Positions 9,184-20,157 of a stretch of DNA of 64,000 bases are shown one piece after another. Source of the DNA: Candidatus Eiseniibacteriota bacterium (GTDB lineage Bacteria > Eisenbacteria > RBG-16-71-46 > CAZAMP01); assembly GCA_965224245.1 (NCBI GenBank), contig OZ245046.1, forward strand, positions 1,376,001-1,440,000, read 5' to 3'. The notes below the pieces were generated by a model, which was given only the letters and a program-made list of their open reading frames with translations, was not told the DNA's origin and ran no database searches. Position numbers and translations under genes: made by a program. Position 1 is the stretch's first letter, and every line of letters starts with the position of its first letter.

Positions 9184-9558
9184 ATGCCGCGAGCCAAGAC
9201 CGTCGTACCGGGGCGCGCGCGTCGTAAGAAGGTCCTCAAGGCCATGCGCGGTGCGCGCGGCGGCCGGAGTCGGCTGTACCGGTCAGCCCGGGAGACGCTG
9301 TTCCGGGCCCTCGCGTACGCGTATCGCGATCGCAAGGCGCGCAAGCGCGAGTTCCGCAAGCTGTGGATCATGCGCATCAACGCCGCCGCCCGGATGAACG
9401 GGCTCAGCTACTCGACGATGATGCACGGGCTCAAGCTCGCCAACATCGATCTGGATCGAAAGGCGCTCGCGCATCTCGCCATGCACGACGCCGACGGCTT
9501 CTCGAAGGTCGCCGACGCCGCCAAGTCGGCGCTGCCGGTGGGGGCGCCGGAGGCATGA
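9184..9558 (+). CDS. rplT: 50S ribosomal protein L20
   Basis: [24 protein letters not shown]. Confidence 0.97.
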   Translation: MPRAKTVVPGRARRKKVLKAMRGARGGRSRLYRSARETLFRALAYAYRDRKARKREFRKLWIMRINAAARMNGLSYSTMMHGLKLANIDLDRKALAHLAMHDADGFSKVADAAKSALPVGAPEA

Positions 9559-10541
9559 CGCACGATCCGGCCGCGCTCGAGTCCGAGGCGTTCGCCGCCA
9601 TCGCCGATGCGACGGACGACGACGCGCTCGACGCGGTCCGTGTCGCTTACCTCGGTCGCAAGGGCAAGCTGACGTCGATCCTGCGCACCCTGGGGACGCT
9701 CGATCCCCAGGAGCGCGCACGTGTGGGGCAGAGCGCGAACGTCCTCAAGCGCAAGATCAACGACGCGCTCGACGAGCGCCGTCACGCGCTGTCGGCGGCT
9801 CGCACCGACGCCGCTCCGGCGATCGACGTGACGCTGCCCGGTCGTCCCCTTCACGTCGGCGGCCGCCACGTGCTGTCGGCGCTGCTCGACGAGATGGTGG
9901 AGATCTTCCACGGCATGGGCTTCTCGGTCGCCCTGGGACCGGACGTCGAGGACGACTACCACAACTTCGAGGCGCTGAACATTCCGCCCGGGCATCCGGC
10001 CCGCGACATGCATGACACGTTCTTCGTCGACGACACGACCGTCCTGCGCACGCACACCTCACCGGTCCAGATTCGCGTCATGGAGTCGACGCCACCGCCG
10101 ATCCGGATGATCTTCCCGGGACGCGTCTACCGGAACGAGGCGCTCGACGCGACCCACGCCGCCGAGTTCAATCAGGTCGAGATCCTCTACGTGGATCACG
10201 GCGTCACCTTCCGCGATCTCAAGGGCAGCCTCGAGACGTTCGTTCACGAGCTCCTGGGGCACGACGTGAAGACGCGGTTCCGGCCGTCGTACTTCCCGTT
10301 CACCGAGCCCAGCGCCGAGCTCGACATCTACTGGACCGCGGGCAAGCGACCGGACTGGGTGGAGGTGCTCGGCTGCGGCATGGTGCATCCCCGTGTCTTC
10401 GAGTACGTCGGATACGATCCCGAGCGGGTCTCGGGGTACGCCGCCGGCATCGGTCTCGAGCGCATCGCGATGCTCCGGCACGGGATCCCCGACATCCGGT
10501 ACTTCACCGACAACGACGTGCGATTCCTGTCCCAGTTCTAG
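9555..10541 (+). CDS. pheS: Phenylalanyl-tRNA synthetase alpha subunit
   Basis: [30 protein letters not shown]. Confidence 0.97.
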   Translation: MTHDPAALESEAFAAIADATDDDALDAVRVAYLGRKGKLTSILRTLGTLDPQERARVGQSANVLKRKINDALDERRHALSAARTDAAPAIDVTLPGRPLHVGGRHVLSALLDEMVEIFHGMGFSVALGPDVEDDYHNFEALNIPPGHPARDMHDTFFVDDTTVLRTHTSPVQIRVMESTPPPIRMIFPGRVYRNEALDATHAAEFNQVEILYVDHGVTFRDLKGSLETFVHELLGHDVKTRFRPSYFPFTEPSAELDIYWTAGKRPDWVEVLGCGMVHPRVFEYVGYDPERVSGYAAGIGLERIAMLRHGIPDIRYFTDNDVRFLSQF

Positions 10542-10613
10542 GCGCGTGCCGCTCGCGCGTGCCCGGACGGGATTCTCGGGACGTCCAGGGGCCTTCTTCC
10601 GGAGTGGAGTCCG

Positions 10614-13049
10614 ATGAAGCTGTCTCTCAACTGGCTCGGCGACTGGGTGGACCCCGACGGTGACGTCGACGCGATCGCCGGGCGACTCACCACGATCGGC
10701 CTGACCGTGGACGGCGTCGACGACGTCGGGCGCTCGGTGGCCGACGTCGTGGTCGGACGCATCCTCGACGTCACGCGTCACCCGAACGCCGACCGGCTGT
10801 CGCTGTGCCGGGTCGACGCAGGGGGCGAGGAGCCCGTGAGCGTCGTCTGCGGTGCGCCGAACGTGACCGCCGGCGAGCGCTATCCCTTCGCGCCGGTCGG
10901 CGCCACGCTACCCGGCGGGCTCACGCTGAAGAAGGTCAAGATCCGGGGTGAGACGTCCATGGGCATGCTCTGCTCCGCGAGCGAGCTCGGTCTCTCGACC
11001 GATCACTCGGGCCTGATGACGCTCGACACCGACGCGGCGCCCGGATCGCCGCTGGCCGACGCGCTCGGCCTCGACGACGCGGTGCTGGATCTCGACGTGC
11101 CGTACAACCGTCCGGACTGGCTCTCGGTACGCGGCGTCGCGCGGGAGCTGGCGGCCGCCACCCGGACGTCCGTGCGCGGTCCGGTGCCATCGCCGGCCGA
11201 GACCGGTCCGCCGGCGGCCGAGTCGGTCCGGGTGACCCTCGTGGACCCGGTCGGCTGTCCACTCTACGGGGCGCGGATCGTACGCGGGGTCAGGATCGGT
11301 CCATCTCCGGCGTGGCTCGTGCGCCGGCTCGAGGCGATCGGCCAGCGCTCGATCAACAACGTGGTCGACGTGACCAACTACGTCCTTCACACGTACGGCC
11401 AGCCGATCCACGCGTTCGATCTCGGCCACGTGCGCGGAGCGGAGATCCGTGTCCGGCGCTCGGAGCCGGGCGAGCGCCTGACGACCCTGGACGGGGTCGA
11501 TCGTGCGCTCCCCGCGGGCACCCTCGTGATCGCCGACGCCGAGGGCGCGGTGGCCCTGGCCGGGATCATGGGCGGAGCCGACTCCGAGGTGACCGAGGAC
11601 ACGACGTCCATCCTCATCGAGAGCGCCCTCTTCGACGCGGAGGCCGTCCGTGACGGCGCGCGCGGGCTGTCGATGGAGACCGAGGCGTCCATGCGGTTCT
11701 CGCGCGGCGTCGATCCCGCCGCCGTGCTGACGGCGCTGGATCACACGGCTCAGTGGATCGTCGAGACCGGCGGAGGCGAGGTGTCGAGCGGACGGGTCGT
11801 GGCCGGAGCGCCGCCGGTAGCCGATCGCACGGTGCCGCTTCGCGAGGCGCGCGTGGCGGAGATCCTGGGCCAACCCGTTCCGCGCGACGAGATCGAGTCG
11901 ATCCTGACCCGCCTGGGGTTCACGCCCGCGGTCGAGGGCGGCGACACGGCCGTCTGGCGCTGCCGGGTCCCGAGCTGGCGGACCGACGTCACCCGCGAGA
12001 TCGATCTGATCGAGGAGGTGGCGCGCTTTCACGGCTACGATCGGTTCGAGGCCCGACAGTTCAACGCCGGCGCGGTGTCCGCGGTGCGATCGCCGCTGGA
12101 CCGGCTTCTCGACGCCTCCGCCCGTGCCTTCGTCGGGCTCGGGTTCCGCGAGGTGCAGACGTTCGGCCTGATGTCCGAGGCGCGAGCGGTCGAGACGCAG
12201 CGCTGGTCGCTCGCGCGAGGCGACACGATCGTGCTGCGCAACGCGAAGAGCCGCGAGACGAACGCGTTGCGCGGATCGGTGGCGCCCGGTCATCTCGAGG
12301 TGGTGCGACACAACGTCAACCGCGGGGTCACGAGCCTTCGCCTGTTCGAGCACGGCAAGGTGTTCTGGAGCCTGGGGAGCGAGCGCGGTCGCCACGGCAC
12401 CGGCTACGACGAGGCATGGGAGTGCGCGGGCGTCGTCGTGGGACCGTGGGAGGAGGCCAGCTGGGGACGGCCGGCACAGCCGATTGACCTCTTCGCACTG
12501 AAGGGGCTCCTGGACGCCTGGTGCCGTGCGATGCGCTTTCCCGCACCCCGGTACGCCCCGTCGACCGAGGCGGTCGGACCGCTGGCCCGCGCCGACGCGG
12601 TCTCGATCGAGATCGACGGGGAGCGGTGGGGATGGGCGGGCCGGGTCCATCCCGACGTGGCTCTGCGCGCCGACGTCCCCGCCGATACGTGGCTTTTCTC
12701 GATTGACTTCGAGCGGGGATTGACATTGAATCAGGTAACTCCTTGTTACCGAGAGGCTTCTCGGTTTCCCGCCGTGAAGCGGGATTTGGCCTTCGTGGTA
12801 CCCAAGACCGCCGCTCACGCCGACGTCGAGGCCGCGATCACGGCCGCGGGGCGGGGAATGGTGTCGTCGGTGCGCCTCTTCGACGTGTACGAGGGGGAGC
12901 CGGTGCCCGAGGGCTCGCGCAGCCTCGCGTACGCTCTGGAGTTTCAGTCGACCGAGCGAAGTCTGACCAGCGCCGACGTGGATGCCGTGGCCGACGCCAT
13001 CGTGGCCGCGCTGGCGCGGGACTTCCACGCCGTTCTCAGGGACACCTGA
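10614..13049 (+). CDS. pheT: Phenylalanyl-tRNA synthetase beta subunit
   Basis: HPNADRL, VCGAPN, GMLCS..ELG, INNVVDVTNY, DLIEEVAR. Confidence 0.97.
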   Translation: MKLSLNWLGDWVDPDGDVDAIAGRLTTIGLTVDGVDDVGRSVADVVVGRILDVTRHPNADRLSLCRVDAGGEEPVSVVCGAPNVTAGERYPFAPVGATLPGGLTLKKVKIRGETSMGMLCSASELGLSTDHSGLMTLDTDAAPGSPLADALGLDDAVLDLDVPYNRPDWLSVRGVARELAAATRTSVRGPVPSPAETGPPAAESVRVTLVDPVGCPLYGARIVRGVRIGPSPAWLVRRLEAIGQRSINNVVDVTNYVLHTYGQPIHAFDLGHVRGAEIRVRRSEPGERLTTLDGVDRALPAGTLVIADAEGAVALAGIMGGADSEVTEDTTSILIESALFDAEAVRDGARGLSMETEASMRFSRGVDPAAVLTALDHTAQWIVETGGGEVSSGRVVAGAPPVADRTVPLREARVAEILGQPVPRDEIESILTRLGFTPAVEGGDTAVWRCRVPSWRTDVTREIDLIEEVARFHGYDRFEARQFNAGAVSAVRSPLDRLLDASARAFVGLGFREVQTFGLMSEARAVETQRWSLARGDTIVLRNAKSRETNALRGSVAPGHLEVVRHNVNRGVTSLRLFEHGKVFWSLGSERGRHGTGYDEAWECAGVVVGPWEEASWGRPAQPIDLFALKGLLDAWCRAMRFPAPRYAPSTEAVGPLARADAVSIEIDGERWGWAGRVHPDVALRADVPADTWLFSIDFERGLTLNQVTPCYREASRFPAVKRDLAFVVPKTAAHADVEAAITAAGRGMVSSVRLFDVYEGEPVPEGSRSLAYALEFQSTERSLTSADVDAVADAIVAALARDFHAVLRDT

Positions 13050-13092
13050 CGACCCTGTCGCGCTGCTCGCGGGATGAGGAGCCTCGTACGCG

Positions 13093-13380
13093 ATGATTGC
13101 CGAACTGGACAGACTCTCCGAAAAGGTTGAACTGGCGCGGGAAACCATTGTAAAACTGCGCTCAGACAATGACAGGCTCACGTCGGAGTGCGAGAGCCTC
13201 CGCCAGGAGCTGGCGAGGTTCCGCGCGGTCGGCGAGACGCCCGAGAAGCTCGAAGCGCTGTTCGAGGGCGTCGACTCCGCGTCGCAAGAGCGCGACGAGC
13301 TGAGGCGCGAACGCGACGAGGTCGTGAAGCGCATTCACGGCATCCTGGAAAAGGTGGAGGCGCTCGAAGACGTGAGCTGA
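13093..13380 (+). CDS. Coiled-coil protein, ZapB-like
   Basis: Heptad-rich 95 aa ORF in pheT-zapA synteny. Confidence 0.6.
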   Translation: MIAELDRLSEKVELARETIVKLRSDNDRLTSECESLRQELARFRAVGETPEKLEALFEGVDSASQERDELRRERDEVVKRIHGILEKVEALEDVS

Positions 13381-13460
13381 CGCCCGGGCCATGGTAGGGT
13401 GGCCGGGGTCGTCGTCTCGACCGGCGCTCCTGGACGCGATCTCGAGCCGTGGGATGATCG

Positions 13461-13805
13461 ATGGGTACTACGCAAACCACGCGCGTGTCGATACTGGGTT
13501 CCGAGTACACCCTCAAGGGAACGAGTGATCCGGAGACGATCACCGAGGTCGCGCGCTTCGTCGATGCGAAGCTCCGCCAGGCTCGGGCTCGCTCCGATCA
13601 ACCCAACGACATCGCGAGAGTGGCGATACTGACCTCGTTGAACATCGCCTACGAGCTCTTCGAAACCCGCGCGGATGCCCTGCATACGCGCGAGCAGATC
13701 GAAGCGAACGCGAGGCAACTGGTCGAACGGCTCGACGCGTGCATGCGCGACGCGCCGGCCCACGACGCCGCGACGAACGGATCGCTGTCCGAGACCGCTC
13801 GATAG
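13461..13805 (+). CDS. zapA: Cell division protein ZapA
   Basis: VSILGSEYTL, VARFVD, VAILTSLNIAYEL. Confidence 0.9.
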   Translation: MGTTQTTRVSILGSEYTLKGTSDPETITEVARFVDAKLRQARARSDQPNDIARVAILTSLNIAYELFETRADALHTREQIEANARQLVERLDACMRDAPAHDAATNGSLSETAR

Positions 13806-13859
13806 ACGTCCGCGACGCGTGGGCCCCTGGCCCGCGTGCACGGTCGTCGGCTGACACTT

Positions 13860-14039
13860 TCCCTGCCTAGCCCGTGGGGATTCGTCGGTGAACTTGAGCC
13901 AATGCCTTACTCATGGGGGCTGTGACACTCGATGACGCGGGACCCGGTGCACGCTTGCCGGGGGCGCAATGTCGAGTATTCGGCGCCCACTTCGTGAGAA
14001 AGGCTCAAGCTCGCCACGGGTCCAACGGCATGGTGGGGA
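13860..14039 (+). ncRNA. ssrS: 6S RNA
   Basis: Rod-like pairings CCCGTGG(13871)/CCACGGG(14014) and CTTGAGCC(13893)/GGCTCAAG(14002); ~180 nt in the typical zapA-rny position. Confidence 0.85.
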
Positions 14040-14111
14040 TTTTTTCGTTCCGGACCGCGGGGCACGCGCCGCGGGCGCCGGAGGGGGCGGGACGAAAGGA
14101 CACGCGACCCG

Positions 14112-15683
14112 ATGAACATCCACATCGGTCTGATGGTGGCCATCGCGCTGGGATCCGCCCTCGTGGGCCTCGGCGCCGGCCTGGCGTTCGCTCAGAGTCG
14201 CGAGCGTGCCAAGGTCCGTGAAGGCCGGAGCCGGGCCGCGAGCATCGTGGCCGACGCCCAGCGCGAGGCCGAGGCCGCGATCAAGGCCGCCAAGCTCGAG
14301 GCCCGCGAGGAGTGGCATCGACGCAAGGAGGCGTTCGATCGCGAGACGGCCGACGCCCGCAAGGAGACGCAGCGGCTGGACCGCCTGGTCGCGGACCGCG
14401 AGCAGAGCATCAACCGTCGCTCGGACTCCCTCGACCGTCGCGAGCAGGATCTCCAGGAGAGCGAGAAGAAGCTCCACGAGCGCTCTCGTGAGCTGGAGTC
14501 GCTGCGCCAGGAGCACAAGGCGCAGATCGAGGAAGAGATGCTCGTCCTCGAACGCCTCGGCGGGCTGTCCGCGGTCGAAGCCCGCGCCGAGCTGACCAAG
14601 CGCATGGAGGACGAGGCGCGCCTCGACGTCGCCCGCAAGGTCAACGAGATCAAGCAGAACGCGGTCCGGAGCGCCGAGCGCGAGGCGCAGAAGATCATCT
14701 CGATGGCGATCTCCCGCCTGGCGTCCGACGTCTCGTCCGAGATCACGGTCAGCGTGGTCACGCTTCCCAACGACGAGATGAAGGGACGGATCATCGGGCG
14801 CGAGGGACGCAACATCCGCGCGTTCGAGAACCTCACCGGCATCGACGTCATCATCGACGACACGCCCGAGGCCGTCGTGCTCTCCTGCTTCGATCCGGTC
14901 CGTCGCGAGATCGGTCGTCTGGCCCTCGAGCGCCTGATCACCGACGGCCGCATTCACCCGACGCGCATCGAGGAGGTCGTCGAGAAGGCCGAGAAGGAGA
15001 TCGCCAAGAAGATCCGCGAGTCGGCCGAGCAGGCCTGCCTGGATCTCGGGATCTCCGGGGTTCACGACGAGGTCATCAAGACCCTGGGACGGCTCCGCTA
15101 TCGCACGTCCTACGGCCAGCAGATCTTGAATCACTCCAAGGACGTGGCCTACCTCTGCGGGATGATGGCCGCCGAGCTGGGACTGGACATCGGCGTCGCG
15201 CGACGCGCGGGTCTGTTCCACGACATCGGGAAGGCCGTCGACCACGAGGTCGAAGGCCCGCACGCCGAGATCGGCGAGAATCTCCTGCGCCGCTTCGGGG
15301 AGTCCGAGATCATCTGCCGCGCGGTGGGGGCGCACCACGACAACGCCGAGACGATGCCGTCGCTGTATCCGGTGCTCGTCCAGGCCGCCGACGCCGTGAG
15401 CGGTGCACGTCCGGGCGCACGTCGCGAGACGCTCTCGACCTACGTCAAGCGGCTCGAGAAGCTCGAGGGCATCGCTCGCCAGTTCCCTCAGGTCTCGCAG
15501 GCCTACGCGATCCAGGCTGGCCGCGAGATCCGGGTGATGGTCGACAGCGAGAAGTCCGACGACGCCAGCGCCGCGCAGCTGTCGATGGAGGTCGCGCGGA
15601 AGATCGAGAGCGAGATGGAGTATCCCGGCACGATCAAGGTCGTGGTCATCCGCGAGATGCGCTCGGTTGAGTACGCCAAGTAG
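14112..15683 (+). CDS. rny: Ribonuclease Y
   Basis: N-terminal TM, KH domain (KGRIIGREGRNIR), HD domain (FHDIGK). Confidence 0.97.
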   Translation: MNIHIGLMVAIALGSALVGLGAGLAFAQSRERAKVREGRSRAASIVADAQREAEAAIKAAKLEAREEWHRRKEAFDRETADARKETQRLDRLVADREQSINRRSDSLDRREQDLQESEKKLHERSRELESLRQEHKAQIEEEMLVLERLGGLSAVEARAELTKRMEDEARLDVARKVNEIKQNAVRSAEREAQKIISMAISRLASDVSSEITVSVVTLPNDEMKGRIIGREGRNIRAFENLTGIDVIIDDTPEAVVLSCFDPVRREIGRLALERLITDGRIHPTRIEEVVEKAEKEIAKKIRESAEQACLDLGISGVHDEVIKTLGRLRYRTSYGQQILNHSKDVAYLCGMMAAELGLDIGVARRAGLFHDIGKAVDHEVEGPHAEIGENLLRRFGESEIICRAVGAHHDNAETMPSLYPVLVQAADAVSGARPGARRETLSTYVKRLEKLEGIARQFPQVSQAYAIQAGREIRVMVDSEKSDDASAAQLSMEVARKIESEMEYPGTIKVVVIREMRSVEYAK

Positions 15684-16509
15684 CGCGGGGGAGCCCGCCG
15701 CGTCGGAGTGCCTGCTGTTCGTGGCGGACGTGGTGGGGCGACCGGGCCGCAGGGCCTTGACCACGTGGCTTCCCGCGCTGCGTCGCGAGTACGACGTCTC
15801 GTTCTGCATCGTCAACGGCGAGAACGCCGCGGACGGCGCCGGCATGACCAAGCCCATCGTGGCCAGCTTCTTCGAGTGTGGAGCCGACGTCGTGACCTCG
15901 GGGAATCACGTGTTCGGCAACAAGGACATCTTCCGCGTCATCGACGACGAGACGCGACTGCTGCGACCGTTGAACATGGCCGCCGGCGTGCCCGGACGAG
16001 GCGCCGGCGTGTTTCGCACGTCGCGGGGGACACCCGTCCTCGTCATGAACGCGCTCGGACGCGTGTTCATGGACCCGGCGGAGTGCCCGTTCCGCGCGGT
16101 CGACGCCACGCTCGAGACCGACGGCCTCGGCGCCGGAGACGGGGCGCCGAGCGTCCGCCTGCTGGACTTCCACGCCGAGGCCACGTCCGAGACGATCGCG
16201 ATGTCGTGGCATCTGGATGGCCGGGTGACGGCCGTCATCGGCACGCACACCCACGTTCCGACCGCGGACGAGCGCGTGTCCGAGCGCGGCACCGCCGCGA
16301 TCACCGATGCCGGGATGACCGGACCCCATCGCTCCGTCATCGGCATGAAGACCGACGCCGTCCTCCGGCGCATGGTGCGCGGGCTGCCCACCCGCTTCTC
16401 CACCGCGACCGGCGACGTGAGGTTGAACGGCGTGCTGATCTGGATCGACCCCGACAGCGGCAAGGCGACGCGGATCGAGCGCGTCGAGCGCCGTCAGGAG
16501 GACGCATGA
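15667..16509 (+). CDS. ymdB: YmdB-family metallophosphoesterase
   Basis: DVVG.PG, NGENAA, TSGNH, DFHAEATSE, GTHTHV, DAGMTG; start uncertain. Confidence 0.9.
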   Translation: MSTPSSAGEPAASECLLFVADVVGRPGRRALTTWLPALRREYDVSFCIVNGENAADGAGMTKPIVASFFECGADVVTSGNHVFGNKDIFRVIDDETRLLRPLNMAAGVPGRGAGVFRTSRGTPVLVMNALGRVFMDPAECPFRAVDATLETDGLGAGDGAPSVRLLDFHAEATSETIAMSWHLDGRVTAVIGTHTHVPTADERVSERGTAAITDAGMTGPHRSVIGMKTDAVLRRMVRGLPTRFSTATGDVRLNGVLIWIDPDSGKATRIERVERRQEDA

Positions 16510-17384
16510 CCCGCCTCTTGGATGGAAAGGCCACCGCGAAGGTGGTCCGGGCCGAGGTCGCCGACCGCGTGGCCGCGCTCGCGGCGCGCGACGTGACGGT
16601 CGGGCTGGCCCTCGTGCGCGTGGGCGACGACCCCGCGTCGGAGAGCTACGTGAGGGGCAAGGCTCGCCTCTGCAAGCGCGTGGGCATCCGGTCCGAGCTC
16701 CACGAGCTGCCCGCCGACGTGGGCGAGCCGGCGCTGGGGAGGCTCCTCTCCGAGCTGAACGCCCGCGACGACGTGCACGGCGTCCTTCTCCAGATGCCGC
16801 TCCCTCGGGGCTACGACGAGAGCGCCTTCCTGGACGCCGTGAGGCCGGAGAAGGACGTGGACGGATTCCATCCCATCAACGTGGGACGCGCCGCACAGGG
16901 GCTGCCGGCGTTCGTTCCCTGCACGCCGCTGGGGATCCAGCGCCTCCTCACCCATCACGACGTTCCGATCGAGGGCCACCACGTCGTCGTCGTCGGCCGG
17001 AGCAACCTCGTCGGACGGCCCGTGGCCACGCTCCTCAGCCAGCGTACGGCGGCGGGGAACGCCAGCGTGACGCTGTGTCACTCCCGGAGCCGCGATCTGG
17101 CCGCGCTGACGCGATCGGCCGACATCTTGATCGCAGCCGCCGGTCAGCGCGAGCTGATCACGGCCGACATGGTGGCCGAGGGGGCCGTCGTGGTGGACGT
17201 CGGGATCCACCGCGTCGAGGTCGACGGCGCCGCGCGTCTGGTCGGTGACGTCCGGTTCGACGAGGTCGCACCGAGGACGTCGGCGATCTCGCCGGTGCCC
17301 GGCGGCGTCGGCCCGATGACAGTCGTCATGCTGGTCGCGAACACCGTGTCCGCCGCCGAGCGAGCCCACCCGCCGCGGTCATGA
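16506..17384 (+). CDS. folD: Methylenetetrahydrofolate dehydrogenase/cyclohydrolase
   Basis: KDVDGFHP.N, PCTP, GRSNLVGRP, PVPGGVGPMT. Confidence 0.96.
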   Translation: MTRLLDGKATAKVVRAEVADRVAALAARDVTVGLALVRVGDDPASESYVRGKARLCKRVGIRSELHELPADVGEPALGRLLSELNARDDVHGVLLQMPLPRGYDESAFLDAVRPEKDVDGFHPINVGRAAQGLPAFVPCTPLGIQRLLTHHDVPIEGHHVVVVGRSNLVGRPVATLLSQRTAAGNASVTLCHSRSRDLAALTRSADILIAAAGQRELITADMVAEGAVVVDVGIHRVEVDGAARLVGDVRFDEVAPRTSAISPVPGGVGPMTVVMLVANTVSAAERAHPPRS

Positions 17385-18781
17385 GAGTGAACGTCCTGCC
17401 CGATCGCGATCCCGAACGTCGCGAGCCGCGCGTCTACGGCGTGAGCGAGCTGAACGCGCTCGCCGCCGAGGCGCTGCGACGCACGCTGGGCTGGGTGCAC
17501 GTCGTCGGCGAGATCTCGAAGTGGACGGTGCACCGATCGGGTCATGCGTACGTCACGCTGAAGGACGAACGCGGCGTCCTTGACGCGGTGGTCTGGGCGT
17601 CCCGCCTGCGAACCCTCCGCGTGCAGCCCTCCGTCGGGGACCGGATCGTGGCCGTGGGGCGTCTGACCGTGTACTCCGAGCAGGGCCGCTACCAGCTGAT
17701 GGTCGAGCGGGTGAGGCCCGCGGGCGCGGGAGCGCTACAGGAGGCGCACGAGCGGCTGAAGGCCAGGCTCACCGCCGAGGGGCTCTTCGCGCCCGAGCGC
17801 AAGCGCCCGCTGCCGCGCTACCCGCGCGTGGTCGGGGTGGTCACGTCGGCCGACGGGGCGGCCTTCGGTGACGTCGTGCGCGTGATCGGCGAACGATGGC
17901 CCGGCACCGAGATCCTCCTCACACCCGTTCGCGTGCAGGGTCCCGACGCGCCTCGCGACATCGTGAACGCCATCGGCGTCCAGATCCGTCACGGACGTGC
18001 CGAGGTGCTGATCGTGGGCCGGGGCGGCGGGTCGCTCGAGGACCTCTTCTCGTTCAACGACGAGCGCGTCGTGCGCGCGATCGCGACCTGCCCGCTGCCG
18101 GTCGTCTCGGCCGTGGGGCACGAGACCGACGTGACGCTCGCCGACTTCGCCGCCGACGCCCGCGCGGCCACGCCGTCCCAGGCCGCCGAGCGCGTCGTGG
18201 CCGATCGGGCCGAGGTGGTGCTCGCGGTGCTCGGTCTCCGGGAGCGCCTCCTCGGCGGCGTCCAGCGGCGGCTCACGGAGGCCCACCGCACGATCCGCGA
18301 GATGCGACGGCACCGGGGGCTGGATCGCCCCCAGACCGCGGTCGAGCACCTGACCCAGCGGGTGGATCGGCTCGGCGAACGGCTGACGCACGCCGTCGAG
18401 TCGGACCTGGCCGATCGGCGCGCCGGCGGGCGCCGCCTGGGACGCGCGCTCGGGGACCTGCTCGCAAGCCGCCTCGTGAGCTCCCGACGCGACGTCGTCG
18501 AGTGCCGCGCGCGCCTCGTCCGCCGAGCGGAGCGGCTCGGAATCGAACGGCGTCCGAGGGTGGCCGAGCTGTCGGGGATGCTCACGTCGCTCGATCCGAC
18601 GCGAGTCCTCGCACGAGGCTACGCGCTTTGCGCGACCGAGGATGGTACTCTCGTCACCGATGGATCGGTGCTCGCGCCGGAGGACCGCATCACGCTACGT
18701 TTTCACCGAGGGGGCGCACAGGCGGACGTCCTCCACGCATGGGGCGACACGCCGCCCAGACCAGGAACCGGCACGACATGA
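17381..18781 (+). CDS. xseA: Exodeoxyribonuclease VII large subunit
   Basis: SGHAYVTLKD, GRGGGSLEDL, SAVGHETD, ATPS. Confidence 0.95.
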   Translation: MRVNVLPDRDPERREPRVYGVSELNALAAEALRRTLGWVHVVGEISKWTVHRSGHAYVTLKDERGVLDAVVWASRLRTLRVQPSVGDRIVAVGRLTVYSEQGRYQLMVERVRPAGAGALQEAHERLKARLTAEGLFAPERKRPLPRYPRVVGVVTSADGAAFGDVVRVIGERWPGTEILLTPVRVQGPDAPRDIVNAIGVQIRHGRAEVLIVGRGGGSLEDLFSFNDERVVRAIATCPLPVVSAVGHETDVTLADFAADARAATPSQAAERVVADRAEVVLAVLGLRERLLGGVQRRLTEAHRTIREMRRHRGLDRPQTAVEHLTQRVDRLGERLTHAVESDLADRRAGGRRLGRALGDLLASRLVSSRRDVVECRARLVRRAERLGIERRPRVAELSGMLTSLDPTRVLARGYALCATEDGTLVTDGSVLAPEDRITLRFHRGGAQADVLHAWGDTPPRPGTGTT

Positions 18782-19038
18782 CGCAATCGACCGATCCCAC
18801 GCCCGATCCCGACGCTCCGACGTTCGAGGCCGCACTGGCCGAGCTCGAGTCCATCGTGGGCGGACTCGAGCGCGGCGAGCTCACGCTCGACGAGTCCGTA
18901 CGTGCCTTCGAGCGCGGGACGGGTCTGCTGCGAATCCTGACCGCACGGCTGGACGATGCCGAGCGGCGCGTCCGCGAGCTCGTCGAAGGGCCCGATGGAA
19001 TCACCGAGACCCCGGCGGACGGTGGGCCCCGATCGTGA
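18778..19038 (+). CDS. xseB: Exodeoxyribonuclease VII small subunit
   Basis: FEAALAELESIV..LE.GELTLDES...FERG. Confidence 0.93.
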   Translation: MTQSTDPTPDPDAPTFEAALAELESIVGGLERGELTLDESVRAFERGTGLLRILTARLDDAERRVRELVEGPDGITETPADGGPRS

Positions 19039-20123
19039 AGCTCGACGTCACCTCGCTGCCGGCCGCGCTCGCCGACGTGAACGCGATGATCGCCGACGCG
19101 ATCGCCCAGGAGATCCGTCAGTCCGATCTCGGGCACGAGCATCTCCGGGAGGCCGCGTTCGCGTATCTGGAGCGGGGAGGCAAGCGCCTCCGACCGCTGG
19201 TCACCGTGCTGGCCACCGGCGCCGCCGGGGGAGACCCCGATCGCGTCCGATCGGCCGCGCTGGCCGTCGAGGTGTTCCACACCTGGACGCTCATCCACGA
19301 CGACATGATCGACAACGACGCACGGCGGCGGGGCGGCCCCACCGTCCACGTGGCCTTCCGCGATCGTCTGAGGCACGACTTTCCCTCCGCCGCCCACCGC
19401 GCCGACATCTACGGCAACGCGCTGGCCATCCTGGCCGGCGACTACATGCAGGGCCTGGCCGTGCGTCTGATCCTGGACGGAACCGAGCGCGACGGCGTGC
19501 CTCCGGAGACGGCGCGCCAGGCGGCTCGGTTCATGCAAACCGACCTCCTGCGAGATCTGGTCGAAGGCGAGATGTGGGACGTCGGCTTCAGCTTTCGCCC
19601 GGTGCTCGACGTCTCGGAAGAGGCGCTGCTCGAGATGTACCGTCAGAAGAGCGCCGCGCTTCTATCCTACTGCGCCCGCGTGGGCGGCATGTACGCGACC
19701 GGCGGATCCAACGACGACACCGTGGCCGCGCATCTGGCCGATTTCGCCGAGCAGTGCGGCGTGGCGTTTCAGATCCGCGACGACGTGCTCGGCGTGGTGG
19801 GAGACGCCGAGCGGCTGGGCAAGCCCGTCGGATCGGACGTCCGCGAGGGCAAGCGCACTGTGATCCTGCGCCGTGCCTACGAGGCCGCCACCGAGGCCGA
19901 ACGGGCCCACCTGGACGCCGTCGTCGGGAACCGCTCGGCTGACCACGACCAGGTGGCCGGTGTCGTCGAGATTCTCCGGGAGCGCGGAGGACTCCAGCAC
20001 GCGGACGCGATCGCCGATCGATATGTCGAGACCGCGCTGACCCGCCTGCAGGCGGTCGAGCCATCGGCGTATCGGGACCGGCTCGAGGACTGGGCGCGAC
20101 ACCTGATCACACGGGACGTCTGA
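19035..20123 (+). CDS. Short-chain polyprenyl (GGPP/FPP) synthase
   Basis: GGKRLRP, WTLIHDDMID..RRG, FQIRDDVL, DVREGK. Confidence 0.9.
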   Translation: MKLDVTSLPAALADVNAMIADAIAQEIRQSDLGHEHLREAAFAYLERGGKRLRPLVTVLATGAAGGDPDRVRSAALAVEVFHTWTLIHDDMIDNDARRRGGPTVHVAFRDRLRHDFPSAAHRADIYGNALAILAGDYMQGLAVRLILDGTERDGVPPETARQAARFMQTDLLRDLVEGEMWDVGFSFRPVLDVSEEALLEMYRQKSAALLSYCARVGGMYATGGSNDDTVAAHLADFAEQCGVAFQIRDDVLGVVGDAERLGKPVGSDVREGKRTVILRRAYEAATEAERAHLDAVVGNRSADHDQVAGVVEILRERGGLQHADAIADRYVETALTRLQAVEPSAYRDRLEDWARHLITRDV

Positions 20124-20157
20124 TGGCGCCCGAGCGCGTCGAGGCGAGAGAACCGAC

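Noticed and set aside
12700-12750. AT-richer patch with TTGACT/TTGACA inside pheT as an internal promoter for zapB-zapA
   Set aside because: No convincing -10 element at the proper spacing; not supportable from sequence alone.
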